From NCBI RefSeq assembly GCF_963921235.1, contig NC_086108.1, positions 101,000,001-101,064,000 of the forward strand: a stretch of 64,000 nucleotides of DNA, in the 5' to 3' direction. This document shows, piece by piece, positions 10,774 to 22,509 of this stretch. The first letter of the stretch is position 1. Each line of letters opens with the position of its first letter. The notes beneath the pieces are model-generated. The model was not told the DNA's origin. It searched no databases and saw only the letters and a list, made by a program, of their open reading frames with translations. The stretch comes from Mobula hypostoma (lineage: Eukaryota). The translations under genes and the position numbers were made by a program.

Positions 10774-13027
10774 ATAGAAACATAGAAAATAGGTGCAGGA
10801 GTAGGCCATTCGGCCCTTCGAGACTGCACCGCCATTTATTATGATCATGGCTGATCATCCCAACTCAGAACCCCACCCCAGCCTTCCCTCCATACCCCCT
10901 GACCCCTGTAGCCACAAGGGCCATATCTAACTCCCTCTTAAACATAGCCAATGAACTGGCCTCAACAGTTTCCTGTGGCAGAGAATTCCACAGATTCACC
11001 ACTCTCTGTGTGAAGAAGTTTTTCCTAATCTCAGTCCTAAAAGGCTTCCCCTCTATCCTCAAACTGTGACCCCTCATTCTGGACTTCCCCAACATTGGGA
11101 ACAATCTTCCTGCGTCTAGCCTGTCCAATCCCTTTAGGATCTTATACGTTTCAATCAGATCCCCCCTCAATCTTCTAAATTCCAACGAGTACAAGCCCAG
11201 TTCATCCAGTCTTTCTTCATATGAAAGTCCTGCCATCCCAGGAATCAATCTGGTGAACCTTCTTTGTACTCCCTCTATGGCAAAGATGTCTTTCCTCAGA
11301 TTAGGGGACCAAAACTGCACACAATACTCCAGGTGTGGTCTCACCAAGGCCTTGTACAACTGCAGTAGTACCTTCATGCTCCTGTACTCGAATCCTCTCG
11401 CTATAAATGCCAGCATACCATTTGCCTTTTTCACCGCCTGCTGTACCTGCATGCCCACTTCCAATGACTGGTGTATAATGACACCCAGGTCTCGTTGCAC
11501 CTCCCCTTTTCCTAATCGGCCACCATTCAGATAATAATCTGTTTTCCTATTTTTGCCACCAAAGCGGATAACTTCACATTTATCCACATTAAATTGCATC
11601 TGCCATGAATTTGCCCACTCACCCAACCTATCCAAGTCACCCTGCATCCTCTTAGCATCCTCCTCACTGCTAACACTGCCACCCAGCTTCGTGTCATCCG
11701 CAAACTTGGAGAAGCTGCATTTAATTCCCTCATCCAAGTCATTAATATATATTGTAAACAACTGGGGTCCCAGCACTGAGCCTTGCGGTACCCCACTAGT
11801 CACCACCTGCCATTCTGAAAAGGTCCCGTTTATTCCCACTCTTTGCTTCCTGTCTGCTAACCAATTCTCCACCCACACCAATACCTTACCCCCAATACCG
11901 TGTGCTTTAAGTTTGCACACTAATCTCCTGTGTGGGACCTTGTCAAAAGCCTTTTGAAAATCCAAATATACCACATCCACCTGTTCTCCCCTATCCACTC
12001 TACTAGTTACATCCTCAAAAAATTCTATGAGATTCGTCAGACATGATTTTCCTTTCACAAATCCATGCTGACTTTGTCCGATCATTTCACCGCTTTCCAA
12101 ATGTACTGTTATCACATCCTTGATAACTGACTCCAGCAGTTTCCCCACCACCGACATTAGGCTAACCGGTCTATAATTCCCCGGTTTCTCTCTCCCTCTC
12201 TTTTTAAAAAGTGGGGTTACATTAGCCACCCTCCAATCCTCAGGAACTAGTCCAGAATCTAACGAGTTTTGAAAAATTATCACTAATGCATCCACTATTT
12301 CTTGGGCTACTTCCTTAAGCACTCTAAGATGCAGACCATCTGGCCCTGGGGATTTATCTGCCTTCAATCCCTTCAATTTACCTAACACCACTTCCCTACT
12401 AACATGTATTTCACTCAGTTCCTCCATCTCACTGGACTCTCTGTCCCTTACTATTTCTGGAAGATTATTTATGTCCTCCTTAGTGAAGACAGAACCAAAG
12501 TAATTATTCAATTGGTCTGCCATGTCCTTGCTCCCCATAATCAATTCACCTGTTTCTGTCTGCAGGGGACCTACATTTGTCTTTACCAGTCTTTTCCTTT
12601 TTACATATCTATAAAAGCTTTTACAGTCCATTTTTATGTTCCCTGCCAGTTTTCTCTCATAATCTTTTTTCCCCTTCCTAATTAAGACCTTTGTCCTCCT
12701 CTGCTGAACTCTGAATTTCTCCCAGTCCTCAGGTGAGCCACTTTCTCTGGCTAATTTGTATGCTTCTTCTTTGGAATTGATACTATCCCTAATTTCTCTT
12801 GTCAGCCACGGGTGCACTACCTTCCTTGATTTATTCTTTTGCCAAACTGGGATGAACAATTGTTGTAGTTCATCCATGCAACCTTTAAATGCTTGCCATT
12901 GCATATCCACCATCAATCCTTTAAGTGTCATTTGCCAGTCTATCTTAGCTAATTCACGTCTCATACCTTCAAAGTTACCCCTCTTTAAGTTCAGAACCTT
13001 TGTTTCTGAATTAACTATGTCACTCTC
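10774..13027 (-). mobile_element. Young CR1 LINE, 5'-truncated, inserted in the gypsy RT remnant
   Basis: (tttctatg)n tail at ~10774 plus an open RT frame. Confidence 0.95.
10865..12964 (-). CDS. CR1 ORF2 reverse transcriptase region (5'-truncated, open)
   Basis: 699 aa with KSPGPDG, NYRPVSL, QHGF, YLDFQKAFDKVPH, GVPQGSVLGP, KFADDTKL, RPHLEYCVQFW. Confidence 0.9.
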   Translation of the reverse strand: MRRELAKIDWQMTLKGLMVDMQWQAFKGCMDELQQLFIPVWQKNKSRKVVHPWLTREIRDSINSKEEAYKLARESGSPEDWEKFRVQQRRTKVLIRKGKKDYERKLAGNIKMDCKSFYRYVKRKRLVKTNVGPLQTETGELIMGSKDMADQLNNYFGSVFTKEDINNLPEIVRDRESSEMEELSEIHVSREVVLGKLKGLKADKSPGPDGLHLRVLKEVAQEIVDALVIIFQNSLDSGLVPEDWRVANVTPLFKKRGREKPGNYRPVSLMSVVGKLLESVIKDVITVHLESGEMIGQSQHGFVKGKSCLTNLIEFFEDVTSRVDRGEQVDVVYLDFQKAFDKVPHRRLVCKLKAHGIGGKVLVWVENWLADRKQRVGINGTFSEWQVVTSGVPQGSVLGPQLFTIYINDLDEGIKCSFSKFADDTKLGGSVSSEEDAKRMQGDLDRLGEWANSWQMQFNVDKCEVIRFGGKNRKTDYYLNGGRLGKGEVQRDLGVIIHQSLEVGMQVQQAVKKANGMLAFIARGFEYRSMKVLLQLYKALVRPHLEYCVQFWSPNLRKDIFAIEGVQRRFTRLIPGMAGLSYEERLDELGLYSLEFRRLRGDLIETYKILKGLDRLDAGRLFPMLGKSRMRGHSLRIEGKPFRTEIRKNFFTQRVVNLWNSLPQETVEASSLAMFKRELDMALVATGVRGYGGKAGVGF

Positions 13028-13598
13028 GGCTGTCTGAAGCCAGCTTGATAGTGAACCTTGAAAAAAATGAATTCGGCCACGCGAAGGTCACTTACTTGGG
13101 AATTGTGGTGACACAGGGGCAGCTGGCAGCGATGCAAGCTACAGTGCAGGCTATCGCTGACCTCCCAACCGCAACAGACAAGAGGGCCCTCAGAAGGCTC
13201 TCGGAGATGGTGGGATACTGTAGGAAGTTTTGCAATAACTCTGCGGTCACTACCCCTCCCCCTCCTACTACGCCCTTGTGAGAGAAAACTGAGTCGGAAT
13301 AGGACGACCCTTGTTATTGTGGTCCGGGACGAAACCAAATGAAAGGTTACATTGATCGCAATTCATCAGTGTTTTTGGCCACTATGAAGTTTGCTGAGTT
13401 GGAGCCTGGTCTAAGGGATTATTAATAACACATATAAAAGGAACAGAAAATATGATGACTGTCTGTCAAAGTGTTGACAACTTCAAATTCTCTGTATTAG
13501 CCAAATAGCTGATAAAGATGTATATTTGTGTGTGTATCAAATAATGTATTCATGTTTGTAATTTTTACCTCCCGGTAAAAATCCTTAAAGGGGGGAAG
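13028..13598 (+). pseudogene. Gypsy RT/RNase H remnants and polypurine tract
   Basis: LIVNLEKNEFGHAKVTYLG...RRLSEMVGYCRKFC; PPT aaaggggggaag at 13587-13598. Confidence 0.8.
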
Positions 13599-14445
13599 TG
13601 TGACAAGAATACACATAGATAAGATGTTAGCTGTCCTGTGTGATCAGCAGTTGGTCTGCCACCTGTCTTCAAGAGAGAGATAAGGAACACAATGAAACAG
13701 CATCTGGAGATGTGTAATGAAGGGACGGGGGAGAGAGCTGTCTGGAGCGGCTCCCCCTTTGAACCCTGAACTGTTTGAAGTGATGGACAGGCGATACCCC
13801 AGCAGGGGGATAAAAAGGGACAGGTTCGCTAAGGCAGGACACACGACACCCGAGGTAACGAGACCCTGGAAGCGGTGCGCCTCTCACGAGTCGGTGGGAA
13901 GTATCGCACCTTAAACGCACAGGGTGGAAAGGTACAATCAGCGGGAACCCGGTGTGTGTCCACCCTTGCTTGGGTGCCGGGTTCACTGCAGAGGATCGAC
14001 CGCATCTGGAGGAGGGGTCACAGTCGGTGACCTCAGGTGACATCACAAAGGACCCGCCCGGAAAGCTGCTTGTGAGCAATATCGCCGGTCTGTGAGTGGA
14101 AGCCGTTCTGAATGATCAGTCGTTCTCGTTCTCTCTCTCCCTCCCCCCACGTTGTCCATCGCCATGGCAACGATTACTGCGAACTGAACTATTAGATCGA
14201 ACTGGACTTTTGTGTCACTTTGAAATTGGTCATTTACCCATAGACAACGATAGAGCTTGATTGATGCTGTTATCTTAATTCTGTGCACATGTGTGTTTAT
14301 CATTGCTGAACTGTTGCATTTATTATCCTTTCGATTACTGTGTTGCTTGTTTCTTTAATAAAACTTCCTTAGTTCTAGTAATCCAGACTCCAACTGAGTG
14401 ATCCATTTCTGCTGGTTTGGCAACCCAGTTACGGGGTACGTAACA
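13599..14445 (+). repeat. 3' LTR
   Basis: Direct repeat of 7210-8053, preceded by the PPT and followed by TSD AGAT. Confidence 0.95.
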
Positions 14446-16696
14446 AGATACAGAACCGTAATAACAGTTCAAGTCAGAGTGTGTCTACTGGACTGATGTA
14501 TTGGGAAGAGTGGTGGCGGTTGTGAAGTTTTTGGTCGAGAGGGGATTGGCTATTCGACATATTTGGCAGGCCTGATTACGGCAACTACATGGGCATTCTA
14601 GAGGTAATAAGCGAGTTTGGCCCGTTTTTGAAGGCACACATACAGAAATTTGGAAATGCGGGATCAGGCACTCCTTCATATCTTTCACCTAAAACTTGAG
14701 AGGGGTTTATTGAGCTCATGAGTGATCGAGTTCTGTCAAAGATCGTCAGTGCAGTCAAAATGGCCAAATACTTTTCTATTAACATCGATTCAAGCACAGA
14801 TGTTGCATACGTAGATCAGATCACATTCATTTTACGTTATGTGTCAACTATTGGAAACATTCAAGAGCAATTCTTACAATTTCTACCCATTGACAGCCAC
14901 ACAGGGGAGGTTTTATGTGAGTCTGTGCTCAAAGTTTTAGGAGAGATGAATATTGACATAAGCAACTGCAGGGGGCACTGCTATGACAAAGCTGCAAATA
15001 TGTCTGGTGCATACATAGGCTTACAATCCCGCATCAAGGAAATCAGCACACACATTGAATCTCGTTGGAATCAACCGTGTCAACTGTTCCGTTGAAACAG
15101 CTGATTTTTTCAGCTTTGTGCAGAATGTGTTCAACTTCTGTTCCAAGTCAACTTCTAGGTGGAAGGTAGTGACTGCAGGACTTCAGCCTAATGCGAACAA
15201 GCGCATTGAAACTCTGAAGTCTCTCTCTAATACTAGATGGGCTGCCCATGCAGAAGGCACACAGGCATTGTGCGGAAATTATTCAAGATTCGGTAAAGAC
15301 TATTGCAGATGACATTAATCAGAATGTGGCAACTAGAAATGAAGCAAGGTCACTATACAAAAAAAAATGGACAAACTTAAGATAGCTTTTCTGAGCAAAT
15401 TGTGGCATTGCATTCTTCAGTGCTTTGGAAGTGCAAGTGTTGCATTGCAAGCTGTAAATCTAGACCTGTGTAATGCAGTGGATTTGGTGAGATCACTACA
15501 GGGATACATAGCAAACTTGCGTGATCAATTTGATACTTTTGAGACCCAAGCTAAAACTATGTCTCCAACAGTCTCACAAGTGTACAAAGAAGACACCCAA
15601 CGACAAAGAAAATGTAAAGCCTTTCTGGGTGAATCCACAACACCTGATGTTGGCTTGTCAGCCAGAGAAAAATTCTCAGCTACTGTTTTTTGGTCATGAT
15701 GGATAGATTATTTGCAGAAATTGATTGCAGATAATGACCTTAGCACCACATTTGGCATCCTAAACAATATCCCTTCTCTCTCTGTACAAGATCTGCACAA
15801 GAGAGCATCTGATCTCCAAAGCAGATATTCAGCTGACCTGGAGTTAAACTTTGTGGAGGAGATTGTCCATTTCAGGTAAATTTTAAGTGGCAAAGGTATT
15901 GCATCCGCAACAGAGCTTTTATGCTTCTTTAGAGAGAAAAACTTGCAGGTCATCTTCCCAAATGTAAGCAATGCTTTGAGGATTTATCTAATTCTCCCTG
16001 TCACAAATGCAAGTGGTGAGCAATCTTTCTCCAAGCTCAAACTAATGAAGAATAGGCTCAGATCCACAATGGGACAGGACAGGCTGAATCATCTTATTCT
16101 GATGTCATTTGAAAGTGATCTTGTTTGGAAACTGGATTTTAGTAATCTGATCAAGGACTTTGCTGCGAAGAAATCTAGAAGAATGTAGCTTTAATTTTGA
16201 AAAAACAAGCATTAGACTTTGTAAATATCTAGGCTTGTGTGTCAGTGCTGTTCCTGTTTCTGTGGCATTAATAGGCTACTAGTTGACTGTTTACAAACCT
16301 AGTAAGTAATAAGTGGTCTTTACTCTGCAAGCCACACAGCACAGCAATAGGTTAGTATGTGCTGGATCTCATTTTTCAAAAAGATTGTTGGAGTATTGTC
16401 AAGTTTCCTAGTTTGCCATAGTGCCATTACTCTTGGCCTTTTTGTCTCATTTCCATTTTACTTTCTCAGAACACATGATTGAGAAAAATACCTAGATAAA
16501 AACGCTTTGGCATTGTTTGAGAAATATGGCCTATGGTATATGCAGCAATAGCTAAATAAAGATTTAAGATTGGGTACATCATACTTCATCTCCCTTATAA
16601 CTTTACTAAGACAACTAAGCCTAGGTCAATTTTTGAGTGCTTTAGATGCTGTCCTTCAAATCAAGAATCTGCATTACTTTCTGTCCTCCCACTCAA

Positions 16697-18867
16697 TGTC
16701 ATAAGGGGGCGCTGAAGGTGGCAGACCCAATGCAAGACACAGACACTGAAGTACTGGGACCTGGCCTGGACTAGAGTTAGGGATGGGACTGTACACAGAC
16801 TTGGAGCTGCAACAGGAACACAGACTTGGGCTAGGACTTTGGCTGGGAAAGTGGGACCAGGACAAGGAACTGGAACTAGGAGCCTGGGTTTGGACTTCGA
16901 GCCAGAGACCGGACAAGGACCCAGAACCTGGGACTTGATTCAGGCTCGGACCCTGGAACTAGGCGAGGACATGATGTGGCTACAGGACTAGGCGAGGCTT
17001 GGGTTCTTCGAGGCTCGGATACAGGACTAGGCGAGGCTTGGGTTCTTCGAGGCTCGACTACAGGACTAGACGAGGCTTGGGTTCTTCGAGGCTCGGCTAC
17101 AGGACTAGGCGAGGCTTGGGTTCTTCGAGGCTCGACTACAGGACTAGGCGAGGCTTGGGTTCTTCGAGGCTCGGATACAGGACTAGGCGAGGCTTGGGTT
17201 CTTCGAGGCTCGACTACAGGACTAGGCGAGGCTTGGGTTCTTCGAGGCTCGGATACAGGACTAGGCGAGGCTTGGGTTCTTCGAGGCTCGGCTACAGGAC
17301 TAGGCGAGGCTTGGGCTCTTCGAGGCTCGGCTACAGGACTAGGTGAGGCTTGGGCACTTTGAGGCTCGGCTTGGGTTCTTCGAGGCTCGGCTACAGGACT
17401 AGGTGAGGCTTCAGTTCATTGAGGCTCGACTACAGGACTAGACGAGGCTTGGGTTCTTCGAGGCTCGACTACAGGACTAGGCGAGGCTTGGGTTCTTTGA
17501 GGCTCGACTACAGGATTGGGTTCTTCGAGGCTCGACTACAGGACGAGGCGAGGCTTGGGTTCTTCGAGGCTCGGATACAGGACTAGGCGAGGCTTGGGCT
17601 CTTCGAGGCTCGGCTACAGGACTAGGCGAGGCTTGGGCTCTTCGAGGCTCGGATACAGGACTAGGCGAGGCTTGGGCTCTTCGAGGCTCGGATACAGGAC
17701 TAGGCGAGGCTTGGGTTCTTCGAGGCTCGGATACAGGACTAGGCGAGGCTTGGGTTCTTCGAGGCTCGGCTACAGGACTAGGCGAGGCTTGGGTTCTTCG
17801 AGGCTCGGATACAGGACTAGGCGAGGCTTGGGCTCTTCGAGGCTCGGCTACAGGACTAGGTGAGGCTTGGGCACTTTGAGGCTCGGCTTGGGTTCTTCGA
17901 GGCTCAGCTACAGGACTAGACGAGGCTTGGGTTCTTCGAGGCTCGGCTACAGGACTAGGTGAGGCTTCAGTTCATTGAGGCTTGGCTACAGGACTAGGCG
18001 AGGCTTGTGTTCTTCGAGGCTTGGGTATGGACTCCGAGCCAGAGACTGGGCAAGGACCCAGGACTTGGGTCTTGACTCGGGCTCAGACGCCAGAACTAGG
18101 CAAAGACATGACGTGGCTGCAGGACTGGATGAGGCTTGGATTCTACGAGGAACTCCTGGGCAGGATGAGGAACTCCTTCTTGGAACACAGAGCCAGGGCC
18201 CTTTCTAGGACGCAGGGCCCAGATGCTTACTAGGATGTGGGACCGGGGTGACTGCTGAGGTAAACCGCCAAGGAAACTGTCAGGGATTCAGATGGAGAGG
18301 GGAAGGGAACAGTCCAGCCTCAGGGTAATGGCAAAGACAGCCTGACTTGCCCAATCGAGGCAAGAACGGGAAGGGACAGATCCAACTGCAGGGTAACGGC
18401 AAGGACAGACTGACTTACCCCACAGAGGCAAGGACAGGAAGGGAGCTCAGTCTGGGGTGGCTCCAGGTCTCGGGGCGGCCAGCAACCTTGGCTGGCTACG
18501 GAAACAGCCAAATCCATATCCAGCTCAGAGCAGCAGACGGCCACTCAGCTGGCCCCAGAAACAGCCGAATCCATACCACGATGACTGCTCTGACTAGAGA
18601 CAACAAGGCTCCATGAAGCAGTGGTCCTCCAACCACGCCTAGAGATCACAAATGGCTGCTCTAGCCTTCCACCAGCAGTTCGTTCCAAGCGGATACAGAC
18701 AAGACAAACCAGCATCCACACTCAATCCCAGGGCCACTTATATTCCCAGCCCCAAGACGAGCATCAGGTGCCTATGATTAAGCTCAACTGAAACAAGGGA
18801 CAGCCGGAAGACCCGGAGTCCAGAGTCGAGGGATCGGAATGCGGACTTCATGGACTGGACCATGACA
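16697..18867 (-). mobile_element. Solo-LTR-like element inside the hAT
   Basis: Ends tgtcat...atgaca; 5-bp TSD ctcaa / cttaa; TATA-like tataag on - near 18740; homologous to 35373-37095. Confidence 0.75.
16977..18020. repeat. 39-bp minisatellite, roughly 26 copies
   Basis: Unit ggctacaggactaggcgaggcttgggttcttcgaggctc with variants; gives 13-aa periodic ORFs. Confidence 0.95.
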
Positions 18868-20400
18868 CTTAAGGCTTGTAAGTTTATAGCCTTCATATTG
18901 TACTAAACCAATGTCTTGGTCCACAGCTTTGAAATTTAGACCAGTGCAACCTTTGCTCTTGTTCTTGCCTTTTTTTTGCTTGGTCAGTCAGTCAGTGGGT
19001 GCTGTCCAGAATCCGGGGTTGGTGGCTATGCACCTCCATCTTCTTCGGTCTTGCGACAGCACCGAGTGCAGCCCCTCCTCCAGTTTGTTCTCGCTGGCTG
19101 CCTTGGCACCGCCTGCCGCCACCCCCACCGAACTCAAGCCCGAGTCAGCCTCCAGCCTCGGCCACTTCTTCAGCTCAGCCCTTCCTTAGGCGGAGACCTT
19201 GGGCAGGTCCAGGCACAGGGTGCAGCACCCAAGTTCATCATGTATCTTCTAACTAAGTGCATAGCATACGATTCGTAGATACGTGGTGAGGCTTTAATCT
19301 CTTCCACGGAAGATGGCCATTGGCTCACAAGGAGCTCATCCGCCCTTTGTCAGGTCTTGTTTTTTTTAGTCCTGCTGGGTGTCCTCACACCCTCCTCACC
19401 AGACTAAGTCTGGTGGGGGAGCTGGCCCAAGTCGCCGGCCACTCGACCACGGCCCCCGGCTGAGCATCGGGCGCCTGCCCCCCCCGCCAAATCTCTCCGG
19501 GCGTCTGGCGCTTGACCGAAAACCAGCATTTTATGGTGTCGGCAGGAGACCATCAGGACCTCCAGCCCAGGGGACCCGGCCCCACTAAATCTGGCCCTGG
19601 CAGCAGCTAACCTCGTTAGAGACTTGATGGGATTTGTATGTCACTAAAGACTCTTGCAAATTTCTATAGATACGCAGATGTACAATGGAGAGCATTCTGA
19701 CTGGTTGCATCACAACTTTGTATGGAGGCACCATTGCAGAGGATTGTAAGAAGCGACAAAGGGTTGCAGACTCAACCAACTCCATCATGAGCACAGCCCT
19801 TCTCACTATTGAGGACAGCTTCAAAAACTGGCGCCTCAAGAAGTAGCATCCGTCATTAATCACCTTCATCAGCTTCTTCTCTAGTGATTGAATGTTAGCA
19901 AGTGGAATCATTGGGAGTGTGAGCCTGCAGGGGTCTGCTTTAAGTCTGACTCAAATACGGGCGTGTTTATCGTGCTTCTGCGTTCAAGTGCATCACTTCT
20001 GAAGGTTGTGTCCCCAAGTACCTGTTGTAAAGCTTGGCTCGGACCAAGGGCCTGCTCCCTGAATTTGTCCATGATTGTGCATCAACTTCGTAATTACCCT
20101 TACTAGCAAGGTATGCTTGCAAATTTTATTGTCCTTTATGATTAGCAGTGTTTTCCAGTCATAGAAAAGATGAACAATATAAGAAATCTCACCATTGATT
20201 GGAGCCAGAGAGGCCACTACAACCCTGTGTGCCGCCATCTTGTGACGTCAGAGATTTGGTATGTCACCAGATTTCTATAGATGTACAGTGGAAAGCATTC
20301 TGACTGATTGCATCGTGGTCTTATGTGGAAGCTGTAGAGCATAGTAGACTCAGCCAACCCCATCATATGCACAACCCCTCCTCACCATCGAGGATATCTT

Positions 20401-21000
20401 CAGAATCAGAATCAGAATTAGGTTTATTATCACCGGCATGTGACGTGAATTTGTTAACTTAGTAGCAGTAGTTCAATGTAATATCTAATATAGAAGAAGA
20501 AAAAAAATAATAATAAATACATAAGTAAATCTTATTCAGTATACTTTATACAGTATACATATATTGAATAGATTGAAAATCGTGCAAAAAACACAAAAAA
20601 AGTGAGGTAGTGTCCAAGGGTTCAATGTCTATTTAGGAATCGGATGGAAGAGGGGAAGAAGCTGTTTCTGAATCACTGAGTGTATGCCTTCAGGCTTCTG
20701 TACCTCCTACCTGATGGTAACAGTGAGAAAAGGGCATGCCCTTTTCTGAAGGTCCTTAGTAATGGACACTGCCTTTCTGAGACACCGCTCCCTGAAGATG
20801 TCCTGGGTACTCTGTAGGCTAGTACCCAAGATGGAGATGACTAAATTTATAACCCTCTGCAGCTTCTTTCGGTCCTGTGCAGTAGCACCCACCCCCCACC
20901 CCCCCCATAACAAACAGTGATGCAGCCTGTGAGAATGCTCTCTACGGTACAACTATAGAAAATTTTGAGCGTATTTGTTGACATACTGTATCTCTTCAAA
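20401..21000 (-). mobile_element. Rex1/Babar-type LINE 3' fragment, left arm only
   Basis: (cagaat)n tail at 20401; minus strand TAQDRKKLQRV...DIFRERCLRKA. Confidence 0.7.
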
Positions 21001-22509
21001 TTCCTTCGTTCCATTAATAACCACCAGTAATTTCAGAGCAGATGAGACATCTCCAAGCCTGCTTTGCAATTCACTGTTAGACATAAAGCAGCCAGTTAAA
21101 AGTTTTACAGAAAAAAGAATTGCCATCTCAACAAAGCAACACTTGAAACTTTTACCTCACACATCTAAGTTCAGTCTTTATTAATTTATTTCAAATGAGA
21201 ACTGTCACATGCCACTCCTGGATCTACAATTAACCAGCCTGATCTTCTTTGTTGGTATTAAAGGCTTCAAATAACTGCTCATGTTTTTTTTTAAATCTTG
21301 CTGTGGATTCTTCCTAATCACCTCCTTGCGAGGCTGAGTTCAAGATGTTCCAGACTTTAGTCAGAGATGATTCCTGCAGCACAGGAAATTTCAAATCTTT
21401 GCTTTTTTTCTGGCAGGTTAAAAGTTAGCTGTGCACATTTTCTTGTTCAACTAGCACACTGTACAAGCCACACAGCTTGGATGATTAACTGTAGAGTTCC
21501 ACATAAAAAATGATGGAGAGACTTAGCAGGTCAGGCAGCATCGAAGGAAAGGAATAAACCGTCGATATTTTGGACCCAGACCCTTCATCAGGATTGGAAA
21601 GGAAGGGGGGAGATGCCAGAATAAGAAGGTGGATAGGTGGGTGTTTGGGGGAGGGGGGGACTGAAGAAATACAACCTAGAATGTGATAGATGAAGCCAAG
21701 TGAGAGGGAATCCACATTCCCCTCAGGTGAGCCAGGTGAAGGGAAATGTAGGTGGGTGGGAGAGGGAGAGTGAACTGAGAAGATGGGAGGTGGTCATCTG
21801 GACTTCCACTGGGTGCTCTGGTTTTCTCCCACATTCAAAACGTACGTGTTAGTGTTAGTAAGTTGTGGGCACGCTGTGCTGGTGCCAGAATCCCCCCTCA
21901 CTTGGCTTCATCTTTCACCTTCTAGCTTGTATTCCATCACTTTCGCCCCCACCTTCTTATTCTGGCATCTCGCCCTTCCTTTCCAATCCCGATGAAGGCT
22001 CTTGGTGCAAAACAAAAATTGCCTATTCCTTTTCTTCGATATTGCCTGACTTGCTGAGTTCATCCAGCATTTTGTATGTGTACTCTACAGTTAATAATTC
22101 AAGCTGTGTGGCTTGTACAATGTTCTATTTGGACAAGAAAATGCACAAATGAAACTTATAACCTGCAAGAAAAAACAAAGATTTGGAATCCCCTGTGCCA
22201 CAGAAATCATCGCTGACTTAAATCTGGAAAACCTTGAACTGAGCCTTTCAAGGAGGTAATTAAAAAGTTCCCACAGTGAGATTTAAAAAAAATAGTAAGC
22301 AGTTATTTGAAGCCTTTTATGCCAATAAACAAGTTCAGGCTGGTTAATGATAGTTCCAGGAATGGCATGTGACAGTTGTTCTCATTTGAAATAAATTAAT
22401 AAAGACAGAATTTTGATGTGTTAGGTAATTGTTTCATGTGCTGCTTTGTTGAGATGGCAATTCGTTTACCTGTAATTCAGATTGGGATGTTTTCTGAATT
22501 AAAAACCGT

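Larger units (their letters stand above)
7210..14445 (+). mobile_element. Ty3/gypsy LTR retrotransposon, Gmr1-like, with deleted pol
   Basis: Two TG..CA LTRs, 4-bp TSD AGAT (7206-7209 / 14446-14449), PBS, polypurine tract, gag-protease ORF. Confidence 0.95.
6829..16188 (+). pseudogene. hAT transposase pseudogene (6829-7209 and 14450-16188)
   Basis: SGAQKRKK N-terminus, GFSDWKHA..EHENSEYH, RID|TE across the LTR insertion, YWTDVLGRVVAVVKFLVERGLAIR, YFSINIDSSTD, CYDKAANMSG, SLSNTRW, and the C-terminal dimerisation motif LPVTNASGEQSFSKLKLMKNRLRSTMGQDRL. Many stops and frameshifts. Confidence 0.9.
6747..19599 (+). mobile_element. hAT DNA transposon (ZMYM1-like transposase) with nested insertions
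   Basis: TIRs cagggccggactttag (6747) and ctaaatctggccctg (ends 19599); 8-bp TSD gcggcagc (6739-6746) / gcagcagc (19600-19607); transposase remnants inside. Confidence 0.9.

Noticed and set aside
11253..11957. Plus-strand ORFs recurring at 37876-38580 and 50177-50881
   Set aside because: Antisense shadows of CR1 ORF2; they recur only because the CR1 copies are similar.
14450..16188. Host ZMYM1-like gene
   Set aside because: Many stops and frameshifts, bounded by TIRs and a TSD, so it is a dead transposase.
16976..17863. Periodic ORFs (TGLGEAWVLRGS; YRTRRGLGSSRL) as repeat proteins, or the array as CRISPR
   Set aside because: They are by-products of a 39-bp minisatellite in an LTR; there are no unique spacers or cas genes, and the DNA is eukaryotic.
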